The notes beneath the pieces are model-generated. The model was given only the letters and a program-made list of their open reading frames with translations, searched no databases and had not been told where the DNA came from. Positions 21,960-31,488 of a stretch of 64,000 nucleotides of DNA are shown here, in pieces. The DNA is taken from the sequence record PQ287320.1; one strand, given 5' to 3'. A program made the position numbers and the translations under genes. Numbering within the stretch: position 1 is the first letter of the stretch; each line of letters begins with the position of its first letter.

Positions 21960-23393
21960 TTAACGGGGGATGTCGAGATGGTCGGCCAGATCGTCGGCGC
22001 CGCCGATGAAGGCTTCCTCCTCGCCGGCCGCGTCCAGCAGGAAGACCATCGGCGAGGAGTTCCAGGCCGGGTGGCCCCAGTTCTGGCGCACGTCCTCGAA
22101 CTTGGCGCGGCGGTCCTCGTCGCTCGGCTGGATCGCCTCGAACGGGATGTCCTGGTCGGTCAGATAGGCCTTGGCCCGGTCGCAGTGCGGGCAGTTGACC
22201 TTGGTGTAGACGCGGTAGGCGGGCGCGCCCGCCGGCGCGGTGACCGCCATCTCGTCGAGGCGCTTGACCGACCAGTAGCGCGGCGTCTCGGGGATCGCGC
22301 AGACGCCGTCCTCGGCGCAGCCATCCTCGTCCGCCGGCGGGGTCCAGACCGGGCGCTGGAGGAAGTTGAACGCCCGCTCCCAGCCGGGAATCTCACCCTT
22401 GCCGTACTCCGTCGAGCGCTGCTCGAAGAAGTTGGTGTGGGTCGGGGCGTTCATGATCCAGTCGAGCCAGTCGAACGGGTTGATCTTGACGCCGTAGTTC
22501 GGCTTCAGCCCCAGTTGGAGCAGGCGGCGGTCGGCGATGTAGCGGATGTACTGCTTGGTGTCCTCGGGCGTCACGCCCTCGATCTGGAGCTTGCGGAACT
22601 GCCCCGAGCGACGCTCGGCCCGGTTCTTCGCCGCCGGCTTGGCCTCGGCCATGTCCGGGGCGATGGCGAAGGCTTGATCGATGAAGGCGTCCTCCAGGGC
22701 GACCATGGCGCGGCAGGCGTCGTAGATGCGCTTCTTGGTCTCGTCGTTCCAGGCGCGCGGGTGTTCCTTGATCAACTCGTGCAGGAGCTTGATCATCGAC
22801 TCGACGTGGTGGCTCTCGTCGCGAATCGACCACTCGACGATCGTGGTCATGCCCTTCATGCGGTTGCGGCGCTGGAAGGACATCAGGAGGGCGAAGGACG
22901 AGAAAAGCTGCATCCCTTCGCCGAAGGCCGAGAAGACGGCGATGTCGACCATCAGGTCGGCGATCGAATGGCCGCTCTCGCGCTCGAACATGTACTCGTG
23001 CTTCTCGCGCATCGCCTGATAGTCCAGGAAGGCGCGGAACTCGACCTCGGGCAGGCCCAGGGTGTCGATCAGCGTCGAATAGGCGTCGATGTGGTTGGCC
23101 TCGGCGGCGATGAACGCGCCCAGCATCATCCGGACTTCCGGGTGCGGGAAGCGCGGGCCGTACTTTTCGAAGTAGCCGCGCGCCACGTCGACGTCAGCCT
23201 GGGTGAAGAAGCGGAAGAGTTGCGTCAGCAGGACGCGCTCGTCCGGCGTGAGCTTCTCATTCCAGTCCTGGATGTCCTGGTCCATCGGGGCTTCGTGGGG
23301 AAGCCAGTGCATGGCCTGCATCGTCTTGTAGGCCTCGTAGGCCCAGGGGTAGTGGAACGGCTTGTAGTAGTCGCGGGACTTCAGGAGGGACAT
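21960..23393 (-). CDS. nrdB: Ribonucleotide reductase beta subunit fused to a C-terminal glutaredoxin-like domain
   Basis: FRFFTQADVDVA, EANHIDAYS, EGMQLFSSF, WSIRDESHH and NFFEQRSTEY; C-terminal YTKVNCPHCDRAK..SSPMVF (CPHC). Confidence 0.92.
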   Translation of the reverse strand: MSLLKSRDYYKPFHYPWAYEAYKTMQAMHWLPHEAPMDQDIQDWNEKLTPDERVLLTQLFRFFTQADVDVARGYFEKYGPRFPHPEVRMMLGAFIAAEANHIDAYSTLIDTLGLPEVEFRAFLDYQAMREKHEYMFERESGHSIADLMVDIAVFSAFGEGMQLFSSFALLMSFQRRNRMKGMTTIVEWSIRDESHHVESMIKLLHELIKEHPRAWNDETKKRIYDACRAMVALEDAFIDQAFAIAPDMAEAKPAAKNRAERRSGQFRKLQIEGVTPEDTKQYIRYIADRRLLQLGLKPNYGVKINPFDWLDWIMNAPTHTNFFEQRSTEYGKGEIPGWERAFNFLQRPVWTPPADEDGCAEDGVCAIPETPRYWSVKRLDEMAVTAPAGAPAYRVYTKVNCPHCDRAKAYLTDQDIPFEAIQPSDEDRRAKFEDVRQNWGHPAWNSSPMVFLLDAAGEEEAFIGGADDLADHLDIPR

Positions 23394-23445
23394 GGCGGTC
23401 TCGGAAATGGAGGGCAGGGGAGGTGCAGGGAGGCCAGCGGCCTCC

Positions 23446-26253
23446 CTAGCCCTCGCAGGCGAGGCAGTCGGACGACGCGGTCGGGTTGAGCGCCAGCATG
23501 GCGGCTTCCTCGGCCGAGCCCTCGGTGACGGGCTCCTCGGCGATGTCGATCTTCTTGCGCTCGATCTTGTTGTTGGTGTTCTCGGCCCGCTTGGGGGTCG
23601 ACGAGCGCAGATAGTAGAAGGACTTGACGCCGGCGCCCTCGCCCCAGCCCAGGAAGTGGAGTTCCGAGAGGTACTCGGCGTCCGCATCGTGGGGCACGAA
23701 GACGTTCAGCGACTGGCCCTGGCAGATCGACTTGGAGCGGTCGACTCCGAAGGTCACGACCCAGCGCTGGTCCATCTCGCGGGCGGTCTTGTAGACCTTC
23801 AGGAGATGCAGGCGGTCCTTCTCCGGCATGGTCACGCCATGCTCGGCCAGGAACTCGACCGTGAAGTGCTGGATCGAGCCCTCGGCCGCGACGATCGACT
23901 TCCAGACCGCCTCGGTGTCCAGGCCCAGGGCCGCCAGCTTCTGCTTCAGCCAGCGGTTCTTGACCGCGAACGAGCCCGACAGGGTCTTGTGCAGGAAGGT
24001 GTTGGCCGGGATCGGCTCGATCGACGGCGAGGTCCCGCCGCAGAGGATCGACGAGGAGGCGTTGGGCGCCACGGCCAGCTTGTGGGCGAAGCGCTCGCCC
24101 GTGCCTTCCATGTCCGGGGCCTCGCCGCGCTCCTTGCCGAGCCGCAGGGAGGCCACGTCGGCGTGCTTGCGCAGGTGGACGAACAGTTCCAGGTTCAGCT
24201 TGCGGGCCGCGTTGCTCTCGAACGGGATGTCGAGCATCTGGAGCAGCGAATGGAAGCCCAGCAGACCCAGGCCCACCGAGCGCTCGCGCATCGCGCTATA
24301 GACGGCCCGGTGCATCTCGTCCGGCGCGTTGTCGATAAAGACCTGGAGGCAGTTGTCGAGCATCCGCATGAGGTCTTCGATGAAGGTCGGGTGGTCCTTC
24401 CACTCCAGCCACTTCTCGGCGTTGACCGACGACAGGCAGCAGACGGCGGTCCGCATCTTGTTGAAGATGTCGCGCCCCGAGGCCAGCATGATCTCCGAGC
24501 AGTTGCCCGTCAGGTAGCCGTTGAAGACCAGACGGTTGCGCAGCGGCTCGGTGGCGCAGAAGACGTCGGCCTTGTGCGCCAGCGGATGGACGTCGGCGAC
24601 CGTCGCCGCCAGGATCGCGGCCACGCCGATCGCCGCGTCGCGCGGCTCGACCGTGTTGGCCAGGATGAAGCTGCGTTCCGACAGGTAGGCCACGTCCCAC
24701 TCGGCGAGCGAGAAGGCGTTGACGGTGTCGGTCAGGCGGATGCGCGGGTGCAGGCCCGACTCGATGGCCATGAGGCGCATCTGGCGGATCAGGTCGACGT
24801 CCGTCGAGCCCACGGTGAGCCAGCGCACCCCGTCGATCTCGATCCACTCGCCGGCCGCGTCCAGCGCGCCACCCAGCCACGTCAGGCGCCGGTCGACGTT
24901 CCAGGGAAACGGGACGACGCCGGGCGACAGGGTCAGGGGGTCGAAGCGCAGGGTCGTGCCGTGCTCGTCGCCTTCCAGGTTCAGCGACAGGGCCGACAGG
25001 CGCTTGAGCACCGCGTCGGGCGTGTTGACCGGCACGAAGGCCGACAGGCGGTGCTTGTCGTCGAAGCCGGCGAAGGTCGTCCAGCCGGCCGCGTAGGCGT
25101 GCTCGACCGGCGGGGTGCGCTCGGACACGCCCTCGATCACCGGCGCCTGGGCCTTGGCCAGGACCGTGCCGTTCTTCAGTTCGCCGGCCCGGACTTCCTT
25201 GCCGTCCTGGGTGTAGAACTTGTGGTAGGGCGTGCAGTCGATGTAGTCGCCGTCCTCGAACCAGACGCGCACCAACGAGGCCTTCTCGTCGGTGGGGTTG
25301 GTCTGGTGGATCAGCACGCGGCTGAACTCCTCGCCGTTCCAGACGTCGTGGTACTCGCCCTTCAGGGCCTCGATCGGGAGGTGACCGCTGCGGGTCAGGA
25401 TTTCGGTCTCGCCGACGACGCAGAGGTTCGACTGCTTGACCTTCAGGCCGAGCTTCTTCTGGGCCTCGGGGAAGTGGCGGTTGGAGGTGTCGATGAAGTG
25501 GATGTAGGGCTCGCCCGTCTGCATCCGCGTCTCCATCAGGAGGCGCCACAGTTCGCGCGCCCGCTCCACTCGGATCACCTCGCCCGTCTTGGGCGAGCGC
25601 AGGGCGAAGTCGGTGTCGTCGCGCACCGCGATCATGAACTCGTCGGTCACGTTGACCGCGTTGTGGAGGTTCGTGATCTTGCGGTTCTGGTCGCCGCCCG
25701 TGGGCTTGCGCGCGGTGATGAACTCGCGGATTTCCGGGTGGTTGATGTCGAGGTAGACGGCGTTGGAGCCCCGGCGCGTGCCGCCTTGGCTGACGGCCAG
25801 GATCAGGCGGTCGTCCACCGCCATGAACGGGATCACGCCGGTCGACTGCGAGCCCTTGGAGGTCTTCTCGCCCAGGCCGCGCAGGGCGCCGTAATAGGAG
25901 CCGATGCCGCCGCCCATCGACGAGAGCCAGATGATCTCGTCGTAGTGCTCGGAGATCGATTCGCGGCTGTCCTCGATCGCGGTGAGGAAGCAGGAGATCG
26001 GCAGGCCACGGGCCGAGCCGCCGTTCGACAGCAGGGGCGTGGCGAACATGAACCAGAGGTTCGAGACGTAGTCGTAGAGCCGCTGGCCATGCTCGGCGTC
26101 ATCCGCGAAGGCCGCACTCGCGCGCGCGAAGGCCTCCTGGGGCGAGCTTTCCCCAGGCAGCAGGTAGCGTTCACGGAGGGTCTGAAGGGTGAAGTCGTCG
26201 AGCAGGGCGTCGCGGGCAAGATCAATCTTGATTTCGGAGGGTGCGACAGCCAT
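23446..26253 (-). CDS. nrdA: Class I ribonucleotide reductase alpha subunit with an intein
   Basis: FATPLLSNGG, PISCFL, SQGGTRRGS, QSNL/CSEI, TAVCCLSS, LAVAPNASSS, CQGQSLN, KSFYYLRS and C-terminal CLACEG; no ATP cone. Confidence 0.95.
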   Translation of the reverse strand: MAVAPSEIKIDLARDALLDDFTLQTLRERYLLPGESSPQEAFARASAAFADDAEHGQRLYDYVSNLWFMFATPLLSNGGSARGLPISCFLTAIEDSRESISEHYDEIIWLSSMGGGIGSYYGALRGLGEKTSKGSQSTGVIPFMAVDDRLILAVSQGGTRRGSNAVYLDINHPEIREFITARKPTGGDQNRKITNLHNAVNVTDEFMIAVRDDTDFALRSPKTGEVIRVERARELWRLLMETRMQTGEPYIHFIDTSNRHFPEAQKKLGLKVKQSNLCVVGETEILTRSGHLPIEALKGEYHDVWNGEEFSRVLIHQTNPTDEKASLVRVWFEDGDYIDCTPYHKFYTQDGKEVRAGELKNGTVLAKAQAPVIEGVSERTPPVEHAYAAGWTTFAGFDDKHRLSAFVPVNTPDAVLKRLSALSLNLEGDEHGTTLRFDPLTLSPGVVPFPWNVDRRLTWLGGALDAAGEWIEIDGVRWLTVGSTDVDLIRQMRLMAIESGLHPRIRLTDTVNAFSLAEWDVAYLSERSFILANTVEPRDAAIGVAAILAATVADVHPLAHKADVFCATEPLRNRLVFNGYLTGNCSEIMLASGRDIFNKMRTAVCCLSSVNAEKWLEWKDHPTFIEDLMRMLDNCLQVFIDNAPDEMHRAVYSAMRERSVGLGLLGFHSLLQMLDIPFESNAARKLNLELFVHLRKHADVASLRLGKERGEAPDMEGTGERFAHKLAVAPNASSSILCGGTSPSIEPIPANTFLHKTLSGSFAVKNRWLKQKLAALGLDTEAVWKSIVAAEGSIQHFTVEFLAEHGVTMPEKDRLHLLKVYKTAREMDQRWVVTFGVDRSKSICQGQSLNVFVPHDADAEYLSELHFLGWGEGAGVKSFYYLRSSTPKRAENTNNKIERKKIDIAEEPVTEGSAEEAAMLALNPTASSDCLACEG
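24502..25422 (-). mobile_element. Intein (307 aa) inserted just before the RNR active-site cysteine
   Basis: QSNL|CVVGETEILT...VFNGYLTGN|CSEI: Cys1, terminal Asn and +1 Cys; degenerate LAGLIDADG-like blocks (YAAGWTTFAG, WLGGALDAAG). Confidence 0.92.
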
Positions 26254-26329
26254 GGGGTCTCGTTCTCGCATCAGGGCACGATGCGTTAAAAAGCCCTGCG
26301 AAATCAGGGCCTTAAGTTGACAGCAAAGG

Positions 26330-26374
26330 ATGGTTAAGATAGCCTGAGGGTCCCGAAAGTCAAGATTCACGACA
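26330..26374 (-). promoter_or_regulatory. nrdA promoter: operator/-35 (TTGACT), GCTATCTT -10, TTAACCAT box
   Basis: Reverse complement reads TGTCGTGAATCTTGACT-ttcgggaccctcag-GCTATC-TTAACCAT. Confidence 0.65.
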
Positions 26375-26414
26375 CTCGCGAACCCCTCAAAGATTCCTTG
26401 ACAGCCCTTCGGAT

Positions 26415-26654
26415 TTACTCGTCCGCGAACTTCATTCCGGCCGCCTTCAGGATGTCCTTGGTATTGCAAGGCTTTCCATCCAGGAGGAAGCTCATCTTGG
26501 TTTCGCGGACGCGATCCCCCAAGGCGGCGATCGCCCGTTCGAGGACCGTCATGCCGTCGCCGAGCGGCGCGATCAGGGCGCCCGTTTCGCGCGGAAGGCG
26601 AGGACCGCTGGTGCTCGCCTTCTCCTCGGCCGGCTTGCGACGCTTACCGGACAA
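26415..26654 (-). CDS. Hypothetical protein
   Basis: 79-aa ORF with phage-like codon usage in the - strand operon; start codon uncertain. Confidence 0.5.
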   Translation of the reverse strand: MSGKRRKPAEEKASTSGPRLPRETGALIAPLGDGMTVLERAIAALGDRVRETKMSFLLDGKPCNTKDILKAAGMKFADE

Positions 26655-26987
26655 CGCCAGCCACCCCGACCACCGCCTGGAACTCGGCCAGGGCTTCGTC
26701 GACGTCGTAGCCGGCGGCGATCTTGGCCGACAGGTCCGAGACGGCCGTGTTGACGCGATCCAGTTCCGCCTTGAAGAAGTCCGGGGTCTCCTTCAGGATG
26801 TTGATCAGCGCCAGGGTGACGATGTCCACCACCGGGATGCGGATGTTCTCGCCGTCGGCTTCGTTGAACGAGGCCAGCGACAGCCCGATCGTGAAGCCGC
26901 TCGGGTTGTTGGGCGATTCCGTCAGGGCGATGACGGATTGGGCCAGGACCGGTTCTTCCTGGAGTTGGGGGTGTCAGTGGAGGTCAT
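26644..26987 (-). CDS. Hypothetical protein (1-nt break at ~26960)
   Basis: The corrected frame MTSTDTP-QLQEEPVLAQSVIALTE..VDIVTLALINILK.. is continuous. Confidence 0.5.
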
Positions 26988-27276
26988 TGGACGCCTGCTG
27001 GAGGAGGATGTTGATGCGGTTGACGGCGTCGACCTCGCTGATCGGCCCCTGCTTGAGGAGGGCGTCGATCGTGTCGCCGATCACCCCCTTCTCGTCGAGG
27101 ATCATGATCGCGAGGCCGTAGAGCAGCGCCTGGGAGGCGTGACGCCGGATGCTCGGGGTGGTGTGGTGGATGATCAGGTCGGCCTCGCCGCGATCACCGT
27201 CGGCGGGGACGAAGGCCGAAAGCGAGAATTCCGGGGCCAGATCGTCGGGGATGTCGAAGGTCTCGGGGAGGGACAT
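26974..27276 (-). CDS. Hypothetical protein
   Basis: ATG 27276, 100 aa, downstream of an operator copy at 27315-27331. Confidence 0.6.
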   Translation of the reverse strand: MSLPETFDIPDDLAPEFSLSAFVPADGDRGEADLIIHHTTPSIRRHASQALLYGLAIMILDEKGVIGDTIDALLKQGPISEVDAVNRINILLQQASNDLH

Positions 27277-27361
27277 AAGCGGCTCCGGGGGATGTCGTGT
27301 CTCCCGACTATGAATGTCAGGATTCACGACATCGGTCAACGTGGTTAATTCGCCGCAGCGG

Positions 27362-28291
27362 CTACCAGACCGCTTCGCCGGGGACGAACTTGCGGAACTG
27401 CTGGAAGCCCCGGAAATTGCCCTGGAACTGGCTGTTCAAGCCGGCGGCGCGGGCTTGGTGCTCCAGCGGCGAGGCGTGGACCGGCTGGGAGCCGGCCAGC
27501 TTCAGGAAGGTCCCGACGTCGCGCTCGATGGTGGCCTTGGAGCCGTCGAAGTCGCGATAGCTGGCGCGGGCGCAGCGGGCCGCCGAGGAGACGATCAGCA
27601 GGCGGTCCTTCAGGAACACCTCGGGGAGGTTCACGAAGGCGAAAGCGACTTGGTCATTCAGGTGATAGTAGAGGTCGCTTTGATCGGTTTGCAGGCGCTC
27701 AACGGCCTCGCGATCCTCCTCCAGGTCGACGAACGGCAGGTGCCAATCGGACTTGCCGAGCAGACGCGGGGTCTGGGCGTACAGGTCGGCCTTGACCCGG
27801 CGGGCCAGGACCTGGATTTCATCCTGGGCGCCTTCGTCGTCGCGCAGGGTCAGGAAGTTGATCCAGTCGGTGGCCGAGACCACGACCGAGATGTAGCCGA
27901 ACCACTCGGTGGCGCGGTTCACCCATTGCTTGTGGATGTTGAGGCCGCCTTCCTCGCGCGGCAGACCCAGCTTGGCGACGCCGGCGCGCACCGCGTCCGC
28001 CATCTCCATCCAGATCGCCTCGGCCGCTTCCTGGTCGGCGTTCGAGAGGTAGGCGCCCGGCTGCATCCCCGGCTTGTTCTCGCGGAACAGCGGCACGTAG
28101 GGCTCGTCCAGAAGCATCTTCTTGAGCGGGATCGCCCGGCTCGACGAGGCGTTGCGGCTGAAGACCCGATGGGTCATGAAGTCGGCATGCACCATGCGGG
28201 GGTAGCGCAGGAGCAGGCTGTCCAGGCGCTTGCCGTCCTGGGTGATCGACGACGCCAGGGGCGTCATCTGCACGAAATCGAGGGTCGGCAT
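27362..28291 (-). CDS. thyX: Flavin-dependent thymidylate synthase (ThyX/Thy1 family)
   Basis: HADFMTHRVFSRNASSSRAIP, F.LR....AQ.EI..LA, SAARCARASY and HASPLEHQA. Confidence 0.9.
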   Translation of the reverse strand: MPTLDFVQMTPLASSITQDGKRLDSLLLRYPRMVHADFMTHRVFSRNASSSRAIPLKKMLLDEPYVPLFRENKPGMQPGAYLSNADQEAAEAIWMEMADAVRAGVAKLGLPREEGGLNIHKQWVNRATEWFGYISVVVSATDWINFLTLRDDEGAQDEIQVLARRVKADLYAQTPRLLGKSDWHLPFVDLEEDREAVERLQTDQSDLYYHLNDQVAFAFVNLPEVFLKDRLLIVSSAARCARASYRDFDGSKATIERDVGTFLKLAGSQPVHASPLEHQARAAGLNSQFQGNFRGFQQFRKFVPGEAVW

Positions 28292-28292
28292 G

Positions 28293-28868
28293 TCAGTCCT
28301 TGTCGAAGACGATCATTTCGATCGCGTTGTGGAGGTCGGCGATCGCGCGGTCGTTGGTGATCGACCAGTCCGGGACGATCTTGGCCATCTCGGTCTCGGA
28401 GGCGTGCTGGGAGGCCGCGTCGGCGGTGTGCTTGCGCGGGTCCTGGACCCGGATGATGGCGCCGCCCATGGCGCGCACGGCCGCCGCCTCGTTCAGGAAC
28501 CGGCAGTCCGAGCAGACCACGCCTTCGACCACCCGCACGCCGCCAAAGCCGTTGGCGACCTTGCCGTCGAGATAGGCCTTGGCCTTGTTCGCCCAGGCCT
28601 GGACCCAGGTGTCGTCGACGTAGTTGCGGAACATGTCCGTTCCGATGTGCTGGAGGATTTCGCGCGGGCTCTTGAAGGGCCAGCGATCCAGCTTGGTCTC
28701 CTTCAGGACCGGGTCCAGCATCTCCTTCATCGTCAGGCCGTAGGCGATCTTGGCGATCTCCCGCAGCGGGTCGGCGAAGTTGAGATGGACATAGCCCCGC
28801 GCTTCCAGGGCGGCGGCGGCCGTGGATTTTCCGTGTCCACGGGGGCCGGTGATGGCGACGATCTTCAT
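28293..28868 (-). CDS. Deoxynucleoside monophosphate kinase
   Basis: IVAITGPRGHGKST, FADPLREI, PREILQHIGTD, VCSDCRF.NEA and HASE. Confidence 0.9.
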   Translation of the reverse strand: MKIVAITGPRGHGKSTAAAALEARGYVHLNFADPLREIAKIAYGLTMKEMLDPVLKETKLDRWPFKSPREILQHIGTDMFRNYVDDTWVQAWANKAKAYLDGKVANGFGGVRVVEGVVCSDCRFLNEAAAVRAMGGAIIRVQDPRKHTADAASQHASETEMAKIVPDWSITNDRAIADLHNAIEMIVFDKD

Positions 28869-28876
28869 GGGGTCTC

Positions 28877-30211
28877 CTATCGAAGGACGGTGAGGGTCTT
28901 GGCCGCGCGGGTGACGGCGGTGTAGAGCCAGTTGTTTTCCTCGGCGCGGAAGCAGCCGCTTTCGTCGATCACCACGACGTCGTCCCACTGCGAGCCCTGG
29001 GAGGAATGGCAGGTGATCGCGTAGGCCCAGTCGGCGACGATGGAGTTCTTCAGCGCCCGCCACGCGGTCTTCTCCGGCGCGGTGTAGCCCTTGTTGGTGC
29101 GCGAGAAGTGCTCCTCGAACATCCCCTGGAACATCGTCTTGTCGTGGTATTCGACGCCGTTCTCGTCTCGGAAGGAGCCCTGGAAGGTGGCGTCCCCGCG
29201 CACGAACTCGGTCGAGGACAGCGCCGTGACCTCGGTCCCGTTGGTCAGGTCCGGGTTGTCCTTGACGTTCTTGCGGATCAGCATGGGCTCGCCCTTCTGG
29301 GGTCCCACGCGCTCGCCGGCGTATTCGACGTAGCCGAACTCCTCCCGGAGTTGCTGGTTGATGTTCCAGCGCGTCTTGTTGCGGCCGACGATGAACTGCG
29401 GGCGATCCTCGAAGTCGAAGATGCCGTCGTACTCCTTGCGGCGAACCACGCGCACGCCGCTCCCATAGTCGCGGAAGGGAAGCTCCTTGCCTTCGCGCGA
29501 CAGGGTGGCGAGATGGATGATCGGGTTGTCTTGGGCCTGACGGTGGACCTCCGACAGGAAGAAGTCGGGATCGTTCGCCAAGAGGCCCGGTTCGTCCTCG
29601 ACCGGGCGAAGCTGGCCAGGATCGCCCATGGCGAAGACCGGGACGCCGAAGTCCATCAGGTCGGTCGCCATCCGCAGACCCACCATGGACGCTTCGTCGA
29701 CCACGATCAGGCCGGCGGTCTGGATCGCGCTGTCGGGATTGAGTTGGAAATTGACCTTGTCCTCGCGGTAGGCTTGGCTGAGTTCCTGCTCCAGGCGGTG
29801 GATCAGCTTGCGTTCCGTGATGATGTGCTGGTCCTTGTCGGGATCGCCGCCCTCCAGCGCCAGGAGGTACATCGCTTCCGAGAGAGCCTCCCGGTGGTTG
29901 TGGAGGTCGTCTTCCAGTTGGGCGATCGGCGCCGGCTTGGCGCGGTAGATCGCCGAGTGGATCGTGCCGGCGTTGGAATTGGGATAGCCCTGGGCCTTCA
30001 GCTTGGACCGCATGACCTTGGCGGCCTTGCCCGTCGGGGCGACGAAGGCCACGGTCTCGGGAACGATCCCGAGCTTGTCGAGGATGAAGGGCAGGATGGT
30101 CGACTTGCCAGAGCCCGCGTAGCCCGTCATCGTGGTCAGGGGCTGGCCGTCCTTGATCTTGTCGACGACGACCTTGAGGGCCGTTTCCTGTTGTGCGCTG
30201 AGCGTCGTCAT
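28877..30211 (-). CDS. RecD/Dda-like SF1B helicase
   Basis: GYAGSGKST (Walker A), APTGKAA, TIHSAIY, VVDEASM (Walker B), GDPGQL.PV, EVHRQ and YAITCHSSQGSQW. Confidence 0.92.
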   Translation of the reverse strand: MTTLSAQQETALKVVVDKIKDGQPLTTMTGYAGSGKSTILPFILDKLGIVPETVAFVAPTGKAAKVMRSKLKAQGYPNSNAGTIHSAIYRAKPAPIAQLEDDLHNHREALSEAMYLLALEGGDPDKDQHIITERKLIHRLEQELSQAYREDKVNFQLNPDSAIQTAGLIVVDEASMVGLRMATDLMDFGVPVFAMGDPGQLRPVEDEPGLLANDPDFFLSEVHRQAQDNPIIHLATLSREGKELPFRDYGSGVRVVRRKEYDGIFDFEDRPQFIVGRNKTRWNINQQLREEFGYVEYAGERVGPQKGEPMLIRKNVKDNPDLTNGTEVTALSSTEFVRGDATFQGSFRDENGVEYHDKTMFQGMFEEHFSRTNKGYTAPEKTAWRALKNSIVADWAYAITCHSSQGSQWDDVVVIDESGCFRAEENNWLYTAVTRAAKTLTVLR

Positions 30212-30282
30212 CGGGTGACTTTCGGGCAGAGACGAAGGACCCGCCCAGCTAGGCCGGGCGGGTTGGTGGAGATCAGGGATGC

Positions 30283-31386
30283 TTAGAAGCGGCCCCGGCC
30301 ACGCGAGGTACGCTCGGTGCGCTCCTCGCCTTCATCATCGTCGCGACCACGGCCGCGCGCCGGGCGCTCTTCACGCTCGTCCTCGTCGTCGCGGCTGCGA
30401 CCACGGGCCGGACGTTCTTCGCGCTCGTCTTCGTCACGGCTGCGGCGGGCCGGACGGTCTTCGTCGCGGTCGTCACGATCCGAACGGCGAGCCGGACGCT
30501 CCTCGTCCTCGTCGCGCGAGCGGCGGGCCGGGCGGTCTTCGTCACGCTCGTCGCGGTCGTCGTCGCGGCTGCGACCACGGGCCGGACGCTCGTCCTCGTC
30601 GTCGCGCGAACGACGGCTCGAACGCTCTTCGCGCTCTTCACGGTCGTCGTCGCGGCCCCGGCGGCTCGAACGGCTGTCGCGCTCGTCTTCGTCGCGGTCA
30701 CGGCGCGAGCCGCCGCGCTTGTCTTCCAGCGCCTTGCCGCCCTTGTCGTAGTCGTCCGGCGAGCCTTCCAGGAGGGCGGCCAGATCGGTCTCCGACATCC
30801 AGCGGACGATCTTCAGCTTCGGGGCGTACTTGGTGACCTTACGGCCGCCCTTGGTCTTGCCCTCGAACTCGTTGGAGTCCAGCGCGATGATCGGCACTTC
30901 GCCGGGGTGGTTGCGGAAGCTGTTGCCGAAGTCCTTCAGGAACGCGGCCAGCGCGCGGCGCTTGGACACGTTGTTGGCCTGGAAGACCATCTCGACGTAG
31001 GGCTCGTCGATCAGGCGCAGGTCCATCGTGTACTGCTCGACCGGGCCGTCTTCGTCGCCGTAGGGGCCGTGGTCGGGCAGCGAGCCCTTGGTCGGCTGGG
31101 GGCCTTCCTTGATGCCGACCATCTCCTCGTAGACGACCTTGCCGTCCTTCCAGATGACCCAGCCGCGCTTGTAGGAGAGCAGGTTGGCGGCCATCTCCGT
31201 GCCGAGCTTCAGCGGCTCGTCTTCGGCGCCGTAGGAGAACGTGCCGTCGTTGCCGTCGAACTTCATGAAGGCCTTGCCGTCGCCGCCGCCCTTCAGGTTG
31301 TTCGCTTCCTGAGCGATCAGGTTGTAGAAGTCGTCGTTGTTCGTCAGGTAACCGCCGGACGAACGGGTGGTGAGATCATTTCCCAT
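30283..31386 (-). CDS. Putative single-stranded DNA-binding/annealing protein with a ~150-aa Arg/Asp/Glu repeat tail
   Basis: Globular N-domain (FMKF..GTFSYG..GWVIWKDG..KYAPKLKIVRW) like phage SSB-type proteins; located between helicase and nuclease genes; low-complexity tail. Confidence 0.55.
   Translation of the reverse strand: MGNDLTTRSSGGYLTNNDDFYNLIAQEANNLKGGGDGKAFMKFDGNDGTFSYGAEDEPLKLGTEMAANLLSYKRGWVIWKDGKVVYEEMVGIKEGPQPTKGSLPDHGPYGDEDGPVEQYTMDLRLIDEPYVEMVFQANNVSKRRALAAFLKDFGNSFRNHPGEVPIIALDSNEFEGKTKGGRKVTKYAPKLKIVRWMSETDLAALLEGSPDDYDKGGKALEDKRGGSRRDRDEDERDSRSSRRGRDDDREEREERSSRRSRDDEDERPARGRSRDDDRDERDEDRPARRSRDEDEERPARRSDRDDRDEDRPARRSRDEDEREERPARGRSRDDEDEREERPARGRGRDDDEGEERTERTSRGRGRF
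30290..30720 (-). repeat. Tandem degenerate repeats encoding RPARRSRDEDE(ER) units
   Basis: Repeated gtcgtcgcggctgcgaccacgggccggacg and related units. Confidence 0.85.
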
Positions 31387-31488
31387 AATGCTGATGCCTA
31401 TTTCTTGGGAGTTACCCGGAGGCGTGATGCCTCCGGGGCTATTACTGAGACTAGGAGCTAAGACTGATGGAAGACTTCGTGAGTACAG

